Positions 37,191 to 44,428 of a DNA stretch of 44,428 nt are shown piece after piece. Made by a program: the position numbers and the translations under genes. Within the stretch, counting starts at the first letter, position 1. Each line of letters starts with the position of its first letter. Origin of the DNA: Candidatus Binataceae bacterium (GTDB taxonomy: Bacteria > Desulfobacterota > Binatia > Binatales > Binataceae). The DNA is taken from positions 1 through 44,428 of the forward strand of contig JASHQJ010000212.1 in assembly GCA_030037595.1 (NCBI GenBank), read 5' to 3'. Under the pieces are notes generated by a model. It did no database searches, was not told the origin of the DNA, and saw only the letters and a program-made list of their open reading frames with translations.

Positions 37191-37796
37191 ATGGGTGCAG
37201 GCATTCAGACTATCGTTCAGCGGGACGAATACGACGATACGATTCGTCGTATTCCGCCCGGCAAGATGGCGATTTGGTGGTTTCTTGCCTCCGAAATCAT
37301 GTTATTCGGCGGGCTGATTACGGCGTTCGTGCTGTTTTCGTTCGCCTCCCACGGTGCATTTGCTGCAGATGCAAAGCACGTGCAATGGCGGCTCGGAGCT
37401 GTCAACACACTGGTTCTGGTGACGTCCAGCCTTACGATGATTCTGGCGTTAGGTTACGCGCGCGCGCACAATCTGGCACGCACTCGTCTATTCTTGTTGA
37501 TAACAGTACTTCTAGGACTGACCTTCCTCGGTATCAAGTCAATCGAATATACAACCGAGATTCGTGAAGGGTTCACGCCGGGCACAAGTCTTTTCTGGTC
37601 ATTCTACTTTGGGATGACTGGGTTACACGCCTTGCACATGATCGCGGGCATCATCATCAACTCATTCCTTCTCGTGGCAGCGCTCAGAAAAAAACCGTGG
37701 GACTTTCTTGAGCGAAGACTAGAGTTAGGCGGACTCTATTGGCACTTCGTTGACGTTGTCTGGATATTCCTGTTTCCACTGCTGTACCTGACCTGA
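37191..37796 (+). CDS. coxC: Cytochrome c oxidase subunit III (short form)
   Basis: FLASEIMLFGGL, NTLVLVTSS, TGLHALH, YWHFVDVVWIFLFPLLYL. Confidence 0.93.
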   Translation: MGAGIQTIVQRDEYDDTIRRIPPGKMAIWWFLASEIMLFGGLITAFVLFSFASHGAFAADAKHVQWRLGAVNTLVLVTSSLTMILALGYARAHNLARTRLFLLITVLLGLTFLGIKSIEYTTEIREGFTPGTSLFWSFYFGMTGLHALHMIAGIIINSFLLVAALRKKPWDFLERRLELGGLYWHFVDVVWIFLFPLLYLT

Positions 37797-37806
37797 CAGA
37801 AAGAAG

Positions 37807-38115
37807 ATGACTAACACTCCGAGTACGGATACATCAGAACGTAGTGAGAATTCTCTCTACTTTATCGTATGGGTCTGGCTGGTTGTACTGCTTGCAGTCG
37901 GTCTGTCTTTGTTTGGTCTGCCGATCCCGCGTCAAGTGGCAGTCGCGTTGATCTTTTCGGTAGCGGCGATCAAGGCGGCCCTTGTCCTTCGAAATTACAT
38001 GCACCTCAAGCACGAGCACTTTCTGATCTATCTGATAGTCCTAGTACCGCTGCTTTTCTTTCTGGGTTTCGCGTTGGCCCTCGTGCCCGATCTCGTATTC
38101 CGGCACGCGATGTAG
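37807..38115 (+). CDS. Cytochrome c oxidase subunit IV family protein
   Basis: Y..VW..L, IKAALV...YMHLKHE; 3 TM; follows subunit III. Confidence 0.88.
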   Translation: MTNTPSTDTSERSENSLYFIVWVWLVVLLAVGLSLFGLPIPRQVAVALIFSVAAIKAALVLRNYMHLKHEHFLIYLIVLVPLLFFLGFALALVPDLVFRHAM

Positions 38116-38117
38116 CG

Positions 38118-38360
38118 ATGGCAGCGTCATTAAACCGTATTGGTGCATGGTGCATTGCGTTCACGGCGATCGTTTTGGCGCCGCGCTTCGCCTACGCCTG
38201 TGCGAGCTGTTTTGCTGCATCGAGCAGCGCGGGTCTGCGAGCATATTACCTGAGCACCGTAATATTGACGTTGATGCCTTTCGTACTGATCGCGGCGATC
38301 GGCCTCGTGGCTTACAAATCGAGGCAGCGAGGATCGACCGCGAAAAGTTGTCCCGACTGA
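38118..38360 (+). CDS. Small membrane protein with signal peptide, CxxC and one TM (80 aa)
   Basis: MAASLNRIGAWCIAFTAIVLAPRFAYA-CASCF...YYLSTVILTLMPFVLIAAIGLVAY; starts 2 nt after the subunit IV stop. Confidence 0.7.
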   Translation: MAASLNRIGAWCIAFTAIVLAPRFAYACASCFAASSSAGLRAYYLSTVILTLMPFVLIAAIGLVAYKSRQRGSTAKSCPD

Positions 38361-38443
38361 ATTGCGAGGACCGCCGAAGAGTTTTAAAGCCGATTCGGCA
38401 GCAGTACACTGCGTCGTCGCAAGAACAATTAGAGACGCAGAAA

Positions 38444-38857
38444 ATGTCCAACCGAACTTCGATGCTCATCGCATCGGTGCTGCTCCTCTCGCTGGCCGGT
38501 CGTGGATTCGCTGCCCAACCGTCCGGCGCGCAAGAATTCACGACGTTCTGCGCTCGATGTCACGGGTCGGACGCTACCGGCAATGGGCCGGATGCCGGCG
38601 AGAAGCAAGGCTACTGGCCTGCGAATCTGACACTGATCGCCAGGAGCCATGGCGGCAAATTCCCCCGGCAGGAGATCTACGACATAATCGACGGTGGAAA
38701 GCGCTTGCCCGGCCACTACAATTTCGACAGTCCCATGCCGCTCTGGGGATTGAGCTTTCAGCTCAAAGGCAAGGAATATAGCGAGCAGAGCGAAGCGGCG
38801 GTACGCGCCAGAATAGAGGCACTCGTGGACTATCTCGAATCGATTCAGAAGAAGTAG
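38444..38857 (+). CDS. Monoheme c-type cytochrome
   Basis: Signal peptide, CARCH, PANLT, HGGKFP, PMP.WG; start ATG 38444. Confidence 0.88.
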   Translation: MSNRTSMLIASVLLLSLAGRGFAAQPSGAQEFTTFCARCHGSDATGNGPDAGEKQGYWPANLTLIARSHGGKFPRQEIYDIIDGGKRLPGHYNFDSPMPLWGLSFQLKGKEYSEQSEAAVRARIEALVDYLESIQKK

Positions 38858-38905
38858 CTTATGGGCCGACGCTTTCTAGTCCGACGTTCAGCCGAAACAT
38901 TGCTA

Positions 38906-39517
38906 CTACTCTTGCATGATCGGCGCGGTCGGAAAGTTCTGGTCGAGGACGAGGTTTAGTTCCAGTACATTTACCCGCGGCTCGCCAAAGAGCCCGAGGT
39001 CGCGGCCGGTCACATGTTTAGCGATCAGCTCTGTCAACTTCTTAACCGAGATTCCTCGAGCGGCAGCGACGCGCGGAGCCTGGATCAAAGCGTTCGCGAC
39101 CGTAATATCGGGATCGAGTCCGGAAGCCGAAGTCGTAAGCATGTCAGCCGGAAGTTTCTGGACCCTTAGCTTTGGCTGCGCGAGGTCAAGTCTCTCGCGA
39201 TCAGTCGATAGACGCTGCCATAGCTCTTTGCTTGTCGGTCCGAGATTCGAGCCGCCGGAGGACGAGGCATTGTAAGGTTTGGCCGGCGTCGCGGACGGTC
39301 GGCCATGAAACCATTGCGGCCCGCTCCAATTCTGTCCGACGAGGGCCGATCCAATCACGACGCCGTCTGAATTTCTAATAAGGCTGCCGTTCGCGCGAAA
39401 CGGGAACAGGGCCTGGGCAAGTGCGGTAGCGGCCAGTGGATAAATGATGCCGCACAGTACCCAACTGACCAGCGAGAAGCGAATCGATCCCGCGATGATT
39501 TCTCGAATTGGTTTCAT
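38906..39517 (-). CDS. kdpC: K+-transporting ATPase subunit C
   Basis: ANGSL, GSALVGQ, FHGRPSA, SGGSNLGP, TSASGLDPDI, EPRVNVLELNL. Confidence 0.95.
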   Translation of the reverse strand: MKPIREIIAGSIRFSLVSWVLCGIIYPLAATALAQALFPFRANGSLIRNSDGVVIGSALVGQNWSGPQWFHGRPSATPAKPYNASSSGGSNLGPTSKELWQRLSTDRERLDLAQPKLRVQKLPADMLTTSASGLDPDITVANALIQAPRVAAARGISVKKLTELIAKHVTGRDLGLFGEPRVNVLELNLVLDQNFPTAPIMQE

Positions 39518-41655
39518 CCAAGGAAAGTAGTCAGCAAAACGTCAATTATCTTGATACCCACGAAAGGCGCGATTAATCCGCCTACGCCGTAAACCATCAG
39601 ATTCCTGTAGAACGTCGCTTCGGCGCTGATGGCTCGAAACCGAACGCCGCGTAGAGCCAGCGGGATCAAACTCGGAATAATCAGTGCGTTGAAAATCAGC
39701 GCTGAAAGCACCGCGGTCTGCGGAGTGGCCAGATGCATTACGTTGAGCGCTGACAGACCCGGCAACGCGACGATGAACATGCCTGGGATAATTGCAAAGT
39801 ATTTCGCGACATCGTTTGCGATCGAAAAAGTGGTGAGCGCGCCGCGCGTTATCAGCATCTGCTTGCCGAGTGCGACGAGATCGATCAGCTTTGTTGGGTC
39901 CGAGTCGAGATCGATAAGATTGGCTGCCTCCTTGGCCGCCATGGTTCCGGAATGCATCGCTAGTCCGACGTCCGCTTGGGCCAGTGCCGGCGCGTCATTC
40001 GTTCCATCGCCGGTCATAGCCACGAGGCGCCCCCGACCTTGCTCCTCACGAATTATGCGGAGCTTGTCCTCCGGCTTTGCCTCCGCGATAAACCCGTCGA
40101 GCCCACCTTCCCTGGCGATGGCGCGGGCGGTCAGCGGATTGTCGCCCGTTATCATCACGCTACGGATTCCGATATTGCGTAGTTGTGCAAGGCGCTCTCG
40201 GATGCCCGGCTTCAACACGTCGGCCAACCGCACGATGCCAAGGATTTCGCCGTCCATCGAAACCGCGAGCGGAGTGGCTCCATCTTGAGCGATCACGCCA
40301 ACAGTTCCCTCGAGATCGCGAGGCGGGACTGCATTGAATCTTTCAGCGACGTGCTTTACGACCGCTTCGACCGCACCTTTGCGCACGACATGTCCGTCGG
40401 GCAGGTCAACTCCGCTCATGCGCGTTTGCGACGAAAAATCAAAACGCTGCGCGCGTTCGAGTTGACCGTCAGATCGCGCGCCCAATTTCTCGGCTGACGC
40501 GACGATAGTCTTGCCCTCCGGAGTTGTGTCGAAGGCGGACGCCAAGTACGCGGCTTGAACAAGCTTATGTGCCGGAACTCCGGCGAGTGGAATGAACTCT
40601 GTCGCCTCACGATTCCCAACGGTAATGGTGCCGGTTTTATCGAGCAGGATGGTCTGAATATCGCCCGCCGCTTCGACTGCCTTGCCGGACATCGCGATGA
40701 CGTTGAAACGCGCTGTGCGATCGATGCCGGCGATACCAATTGCCGAGAGCAGCGCGCCGATAGTGGTCGGAATCAGCGCAACCAGGAGTGCGATCAGATC
40801 CGCGATGTTGATCCTGGCGTGCAGATAGAAGGCCACCGGCGCCATCGCCGCGACTACGATCACGAAGATCAGCGTCAGTATCGAGAGCAGAACCGTGAGT
40901 GCGATCTCGTTAGGTGTCTTCTGGCGTCGCGCGCCTTCGACCAGGTGAATCATGCGATCAAGAAAGCTCTCACCCGGATTAGCGCTGACCTTTATTAACA
41001 ACTGGTCGGAGATTATGCGGGTCCCGGCCGTTACCGACGAAAAGATATCGGTGCCAGGCTCTTTAAGCACCGGTGCAGCTTCTCCGGTGATCGAGGATTC
41101 ATCGACATAAGCGGTGCCATCCATCACTTCTCCGTCTGAGGGAATGACATCGCCGCGATCGATGCGAATCAAATCACCCTTGCGCAAAGCATTCGCGGGA
41201 ACTTCCTCCACGTTACCCGTCCGCATAGCGAGGGCGCTTGAAAACATCCCGTCGCCGCTGATGCTGATGCGCCGCGCCTTGAGTTCGGTCTTGGTTTGGC
41301 GGAGCGTGGCGGCTTTTGCTTTGCCGCGGCCTTCCGCGATGGCCTCGGCAATATTTGCGAACCACACCGTCAGCAACAAAATGATCGTGACGGCGGCGTT
41401 GTATCCGACCGAAGCGTCGGATGGACCGAACAGCGCTGGGTCCAAAGTAAGCGCGGCCGTGACAATTGCCCCGAGAAATACAACGAACATGACGGGGTTG
41501 CGAACCTGCAGGCGCGGATCGAATTTTTTCAACGATTCCAGCAAAGCCTCGAATACCAGAGCTCGGCTGTAAGGACTCTCCGCAATCGGCCGCATGAGTT
41601 CGTGCGCAGACATCGTGCGTCGGCCCAGTTCTCGACTCTCCATCGCCATGCGCAT
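39514..41655 (-). CDS. kdpB: K+-transporting ATPase subunit B (P-type)
   Basis: NPVMF, LIPTTIG, DKTGT, KGA, TGDN, MTGDGTNDAPAL, TFSIANDVAKYFAI. Confidence 0.97.
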   Translation of the reverse strand: MRMAMESRELGRRTMSAHELMRPIAESPYSRALVFEALLESLKKFDPRLQVRNPVMFVVFLGAIVTAALTLDPALFGPSDASVGYNAAVTIILLLTVWFANIAEAIAEGRGKAKAATLRQTKTELKARRISISGDGMFSSALAMRTGNVEEVPANALRKGDLIRIDRGDVIPSDGEVMDGTAYVDESSITGEAAPVLKEPGTDIFSSVTAGTRIISDQLLIKVSANPGESFLDRMIHLVEGARRQKTPNEIALTVLLSILTLIFVIVVAAMAPVAFYLHARINIADLIALLVALIPTTIGALLSAIGIAGIDRTARFNVIAMSGKAVEAAGDIQTILLDKTGTITVGNREATEFIPLAGVPAHKLVQAAYLASAFDTTPEGKTIVASAEKLGARSDGQLERAQRFDFSSQTRMSGVDLPDGHVVRKGAVEAVVKHVAERFNAVPPRDLEGTVGVIAQDGATPLAVSMDGEILGIVRLADVLKPGIRERLAQLRNIGIRSVMITGDNPLTARAIAREGGLDGFIAEAKPEDKLRIIREEQGRGRLVAMTGDGTNDAPALAQADVGLAMHSGTMAAKEAANLIDLDSDPTKLIDLVALGKQMLITRGALTTFSIANDVAKYFAIIPGMFIVALPGLSALNVMHLATPQTAVLSALIFNALIIPSLIPLALRGVRFRAISAEATFYRNLMVYGVGGLIAPFVGIKIIDVLLTTFLG

Positions 41656-41667
41656 CGAGCCTGCTGA

Positions 41668-43398
41668 TCAGAAGAGAAGCCCCCGTCGCATCGCCAAGAA
41701 CTCGGAGATCGGACCGAGAATGAGCGCGGGAAAGAACGCGAGCGCGCCGACGATCAGAATCACCGCCAGCCAGAAGATCCCGAATTGCAGCGTATCGGTA
41801 CGTAAGCTGCCAACGCTGGGAGGCGAGGTCGGTTTGGCAGCCACCGAGCCTGCCACCCCCATCATGAAAATTATCGGTGGATAGCGTCCAATCAGGATTA
41901 CGATACCGAGCGCGAGGTTGTACCAGATGGTGTTGCTGTTCAACCCGGCGAACGCCGACCCGTTGTTAGCTGCGGTTGACACGAATGCATACAAGACTTC
42001 CGAATAACCGTGCATCGCGGCGTTTCCAAGGGAGGAGACGCCGAAGGGCATCACCATTGAGAACGAGGAGGGCGCCAGCACTATCAAAGGATGAATCAGC
42101 AAGGTGAGCGAAACCAGAATGATTTCAGCTCGCTCGATCTTCTTACCCAGGAATTCCGGCGTCCGCCCAACCATCAATCCGGCGACGAAGACCGCAATGA
42201 GTCCGTAAACAAGTGCATTGAGAAAGCCAACGCCCTTACCGCCGAACACACACTGCAGCATCATCCCGAACAGGGTCGGAATACTGCCGAGGGGAGTAAG
42301 GCTGTCATGCATCGTGTTGACGCTTCCAGTGGTGAAGGTCGTTGTGACGGTTGCAAAGAGACTGCTCGAAGCAATTCCGAAACGAACTTCCTTTCCTTCC
42401 ATGTTGCCGCCGGGCTGTGTCGGCGTTGCCGCAGTTTCGATGCCGGCGCGAGTAAGCGTAGTCGTACCCGACTGCTCAGGAATCACCGCCAGCGGCAGCA
42501 TCGCGAGCAACATCGCACTCATAACGGCGTAGAGCACCCACGCCTGGCGGCGATTTGAAATCATCTCGCCAAATGCGATAACGATGGCGGCGGGCAGGCT
42601 CATCATCAGCACCGTCAACAGCACGTTGGTCGCCGGCGTGGGGTTCTCGAACGGATGCGCAGCGTTGGCGTTGAAGAAGCCCCCGCCGTTGGTGCCCAGA
42701 TGTTTGATCGATTCGAAGGCCGCCACGGGACCCATGCTGATCGTTTGCAGGCCGCCCTGGATCGTGTGCGCCACCACACTGGTGGTGAGAGTTTGCGGGG
42801 CGCCTTGCCACACCAGGAACAGTGCGAGCAGAAACGTCGGTGGGAGTAGAACGCGGGTCAGAAGGCGCGTCATGTCGCGATAGAAATTGCCGAGATTGGC
42901 GCCGCCGTCGGTCACCACGAAGGCCCGGATAAACGCCATCGCGACCACGAATCCCGTCGCGGCTGAGGTGAACATCGGAAACGTGATCGCCGCCATCTGG
43001 CTCAGGTTCGAAAGCGATGTTTCGCCGCCATAGCTCTGCCAATCCGTATTCGTCATGAAGCTGATCGCGGTGTTGAATGCGAGCATCGGCTCCATGCCAG
43101 CAAAATGGCGCGGATTGAGTGGCAAATGACCCTGCGCGACGAGAATCAGGAAAACGATCAAGAGCATTACGAGGTTGGTGGCGAGCACGTGCAGGGTGTA
43201 GGTTTTCCAGTTCATCGGCATCGCGGCCAGCTCGCGGCCAGTGAGCCGATAAATCAGGTTGTCAATGGGGTCGAAGATCGGGTCAAAGAGGGTCTTTCGA
43301 TCCATGAACACGCGGCCGAGGTAGCGCCCCGCCGGTACGCTGACGAAAAAAGCAATCGCCAGGGTTGCGGCGATTTGCAGCCAGCTCTGCGCGGTCAT
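41668..43398 (-). CDS. kdpA: K+-transporting ATPase subunit A
   Basis: SFMTNTDWQSY, LGTNGGGFF, MEGKEVRFG, GLMVGRTPE, ANNGSAF; start moved to ATG 43398 (ATGA overlap). Confidence 0.96.
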   Translation of the reverse strand: MTAQSWLQIAATLAIAFFVSVPAGRYLGRVFMDRKTLFDPIFDPIDNLIYRLTGRELAAMPMNWKTYTLHVLATNLVMLLIVFLILVAQGHLPLNPRHFAGMEPMLAFNTAISFMTNTDWQSYGGETSLSNLSQMAAITFPMFTSAATGFVVAMAFIRAFVVTDGGANLGNFYRDMTRLLTRVLLPPTFLLALFLVWQGAPQTLTTSVVAHTIQGGLQTISMGPVAAFESIKHLGTNGGGFFNANAAHPFENPTPATNVLLTVLMMSLPAAIVIAFGEMISNRRQAWVLYAVMSAMLLAMLPLAVIPEQSGTTTLTRAGIETAATPTQPGGNMEGKEVRFGIASSSLFATVTTTFTTGSVNTMHDSLTPLGSIPTLFGMMLQCVFGGKGVGFLNALVYGLIAVFVAGLMVGRTPEFLGKKIERAEIILVSLTLLIHPLIVLAPSSFSMVMPFGVSSLGNAAMHGYSEVLYAFVSTAANNGSAFAGLNSNTIWYNLALGIVILIGRYPPIIFMMGVAGSVAAKPTSPPSVGSLRTDTLQFGIFWLAVILIVGALAFFPALILGPISEFLAMRRGLLF

Positions 43399-44428
43399 CC
43401 TTTCACGCTCGAGGCTGTGGATATCGGCCGCACTATCAGGCGGCCGATGCGGCTGCGATTGACCTCGGCAACCTGGAAATCCCAATCGCCCCAGACGAAC
43501 CGTTCCCCAGGCTGCGGCAAATGGCTAAAGCTAGAGAGTGCGAAGCCGCCCAGCGTAACGAAGTCTCCCGGCGGCGGCGATGCAGCCCGCAATATTTTGA
43601 GGACCTCGTCCATTGGTGTTGCCGCATCGAGCACCATTGAACCATCGTCATGGCGGATAACTTTGGCCACCGAATCGCCTTCTACCTTTGGCAGGTCGCC
43701 TGCGACCGCTTCGAGCAAATCGGTACGTGTCACGATCCCCTGGATACTGCCAAATTCGTCGACGACCAGCGCTTCGTTGACGGGGGTGCCGCGAAAGAGA
43801 TCAAGTGCCCTCAAGATGGAGGTTCGCTCCGGAACCACCAGGGGAGGGCGTACGACTTGCTCGAGGTTTGTCTCCTGCCCACGCAGGACTTGATCGAGCA
43901 AATCCTGCTTGCGCACGATCCCAACCACCTCGTCGATCGAGCCGCGGCTTGCCAGCAGCTGAGCATAAGGACAGCCTCCGATCTTGTTCAGAATCACGTC
44001 GCGCGAGTCTTCGAGGTCGATCCAGATCACTTGCGGCCGGGGGGTCATAATAGATCGCACCGGCGCGTCCTCCAGCTCGAGAACGCCCTCGATCATGTCG
44101 CGCTCGATAGGATGGATGACGCCGAGTTTGGCGCCCTCGGCGATTATGCTATGGATGTCTTCCTCAGTGACGGTCCGCTGAATTCCGGTCCGCAGACCAA
44201 TGCGCCCCAGCACGAAGTTGGTCGAATGGTCCAATAACCAGATGATCGGTACACACGCACGAGCGAGTAACGAAAGCGCAGGCGCTAATCTAGCAGCGAT
44301 CTCTTCAGGAAACTGGAGCGCTAGCTGCTTTGGCACGAGCTCGCCGAGAACAAGCGAAAGATAGGTCGTCGCGCCGGCTACGATAACAATCGCTACCGGC
44401 GTGGCGTAGGGCGCAACTCCTGAGTACT
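43395..44428 (-). CDS. Hemolysin-family CNNM(DUF21)-CBS-CorC protein (5' end outside window)
   Basis: Frame open to the window edge: LSLVLGELVPKQLA, IMTPR, VVDEFGSIQGIVTRTDLLEAVAGD, TLGGF. Confidence 0.92.
   Translation of the reverse strand, partial: YSGVAPYATPVAIVIVAGATTYLSLVLGELVPKQLALQFPEEIAARLAPALSLLARACVPIIWLLDHSTNFVLGRIGLRTGIQRTVTEEDIHSIIAEGAKLGVIHPIERDMIEGVLELEDAPVRSIMTPRPQVIWIDLEDSRDVILNKIGGCPYAQLLASRGSIDEVVGIVRKQDLLDQVLRGQETNLEQVVRPPLVVPERTSILRALDLFRGTPVNEALVVDEFGSIQGIVTRTDLLEAVAGDLPKVEGDSVAKVIRHDDGSMVLDAATPMDEVLKILRAASPPPGDFVTLGGFALSSFSHLPQPGERFVWGDWDFQVAEVNRSRIGRLIVRPISTASSVKG

Noticed and set aside
1-44428. tRNA, rRNA, CRISPR array, IS or integrase
   Set aside because: None recognised by eye; a tRNAscan/Rfam/CRISPR scan is needed to exclude them formally

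Overview
GC-rich bacterial window. Gene style suggests a deltaproteobacteria-like lineage such as Candidatus Binatota (inference only). 1-16.5 kb is mostly core genome: trpB(end)-trpA-accD-folC-lptD, a UbiA-family transferase, a HigBA toxin-antitoxin pair, phosphotransferase + enoyl-CoA hydratase, an Nmad3-like gene divergent from a Nudix hydrolase, an ABC-2 exporter, a broken secreted HExxH gene, ilvD and tspO. 16.5-44.4 kb is an accessory stress/low-oxygen block: ferritin-like/VIT1 fusion, an ABC pair with no binding protein, a triple-frameshifted CxxU (selenocysteine) AhpD-like gene with a SECIS-like hairpin, a leftward dormancy-type operon (hypothetical, tandem DUF2267, Hsp20, DUF2934, HPF, cytochrome c, CBS), a tripartite ABC exporter, a FixL-like PAS kinase with a sigma54 activator, an M50-CBS protease, a cox operon, kdpABC and a CNNM/CorC gene. 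Most striking: several sigma54 -24/-12 promoters appear to tie the block to its own two-component system; the A1-type oxidase keeps its D-channel but has hydrophobic residues at the subunit I K-channel positions; KdpB has TGEA instead of the phospho-regulated TGES. All family calls are from motif recognition, not database searches.
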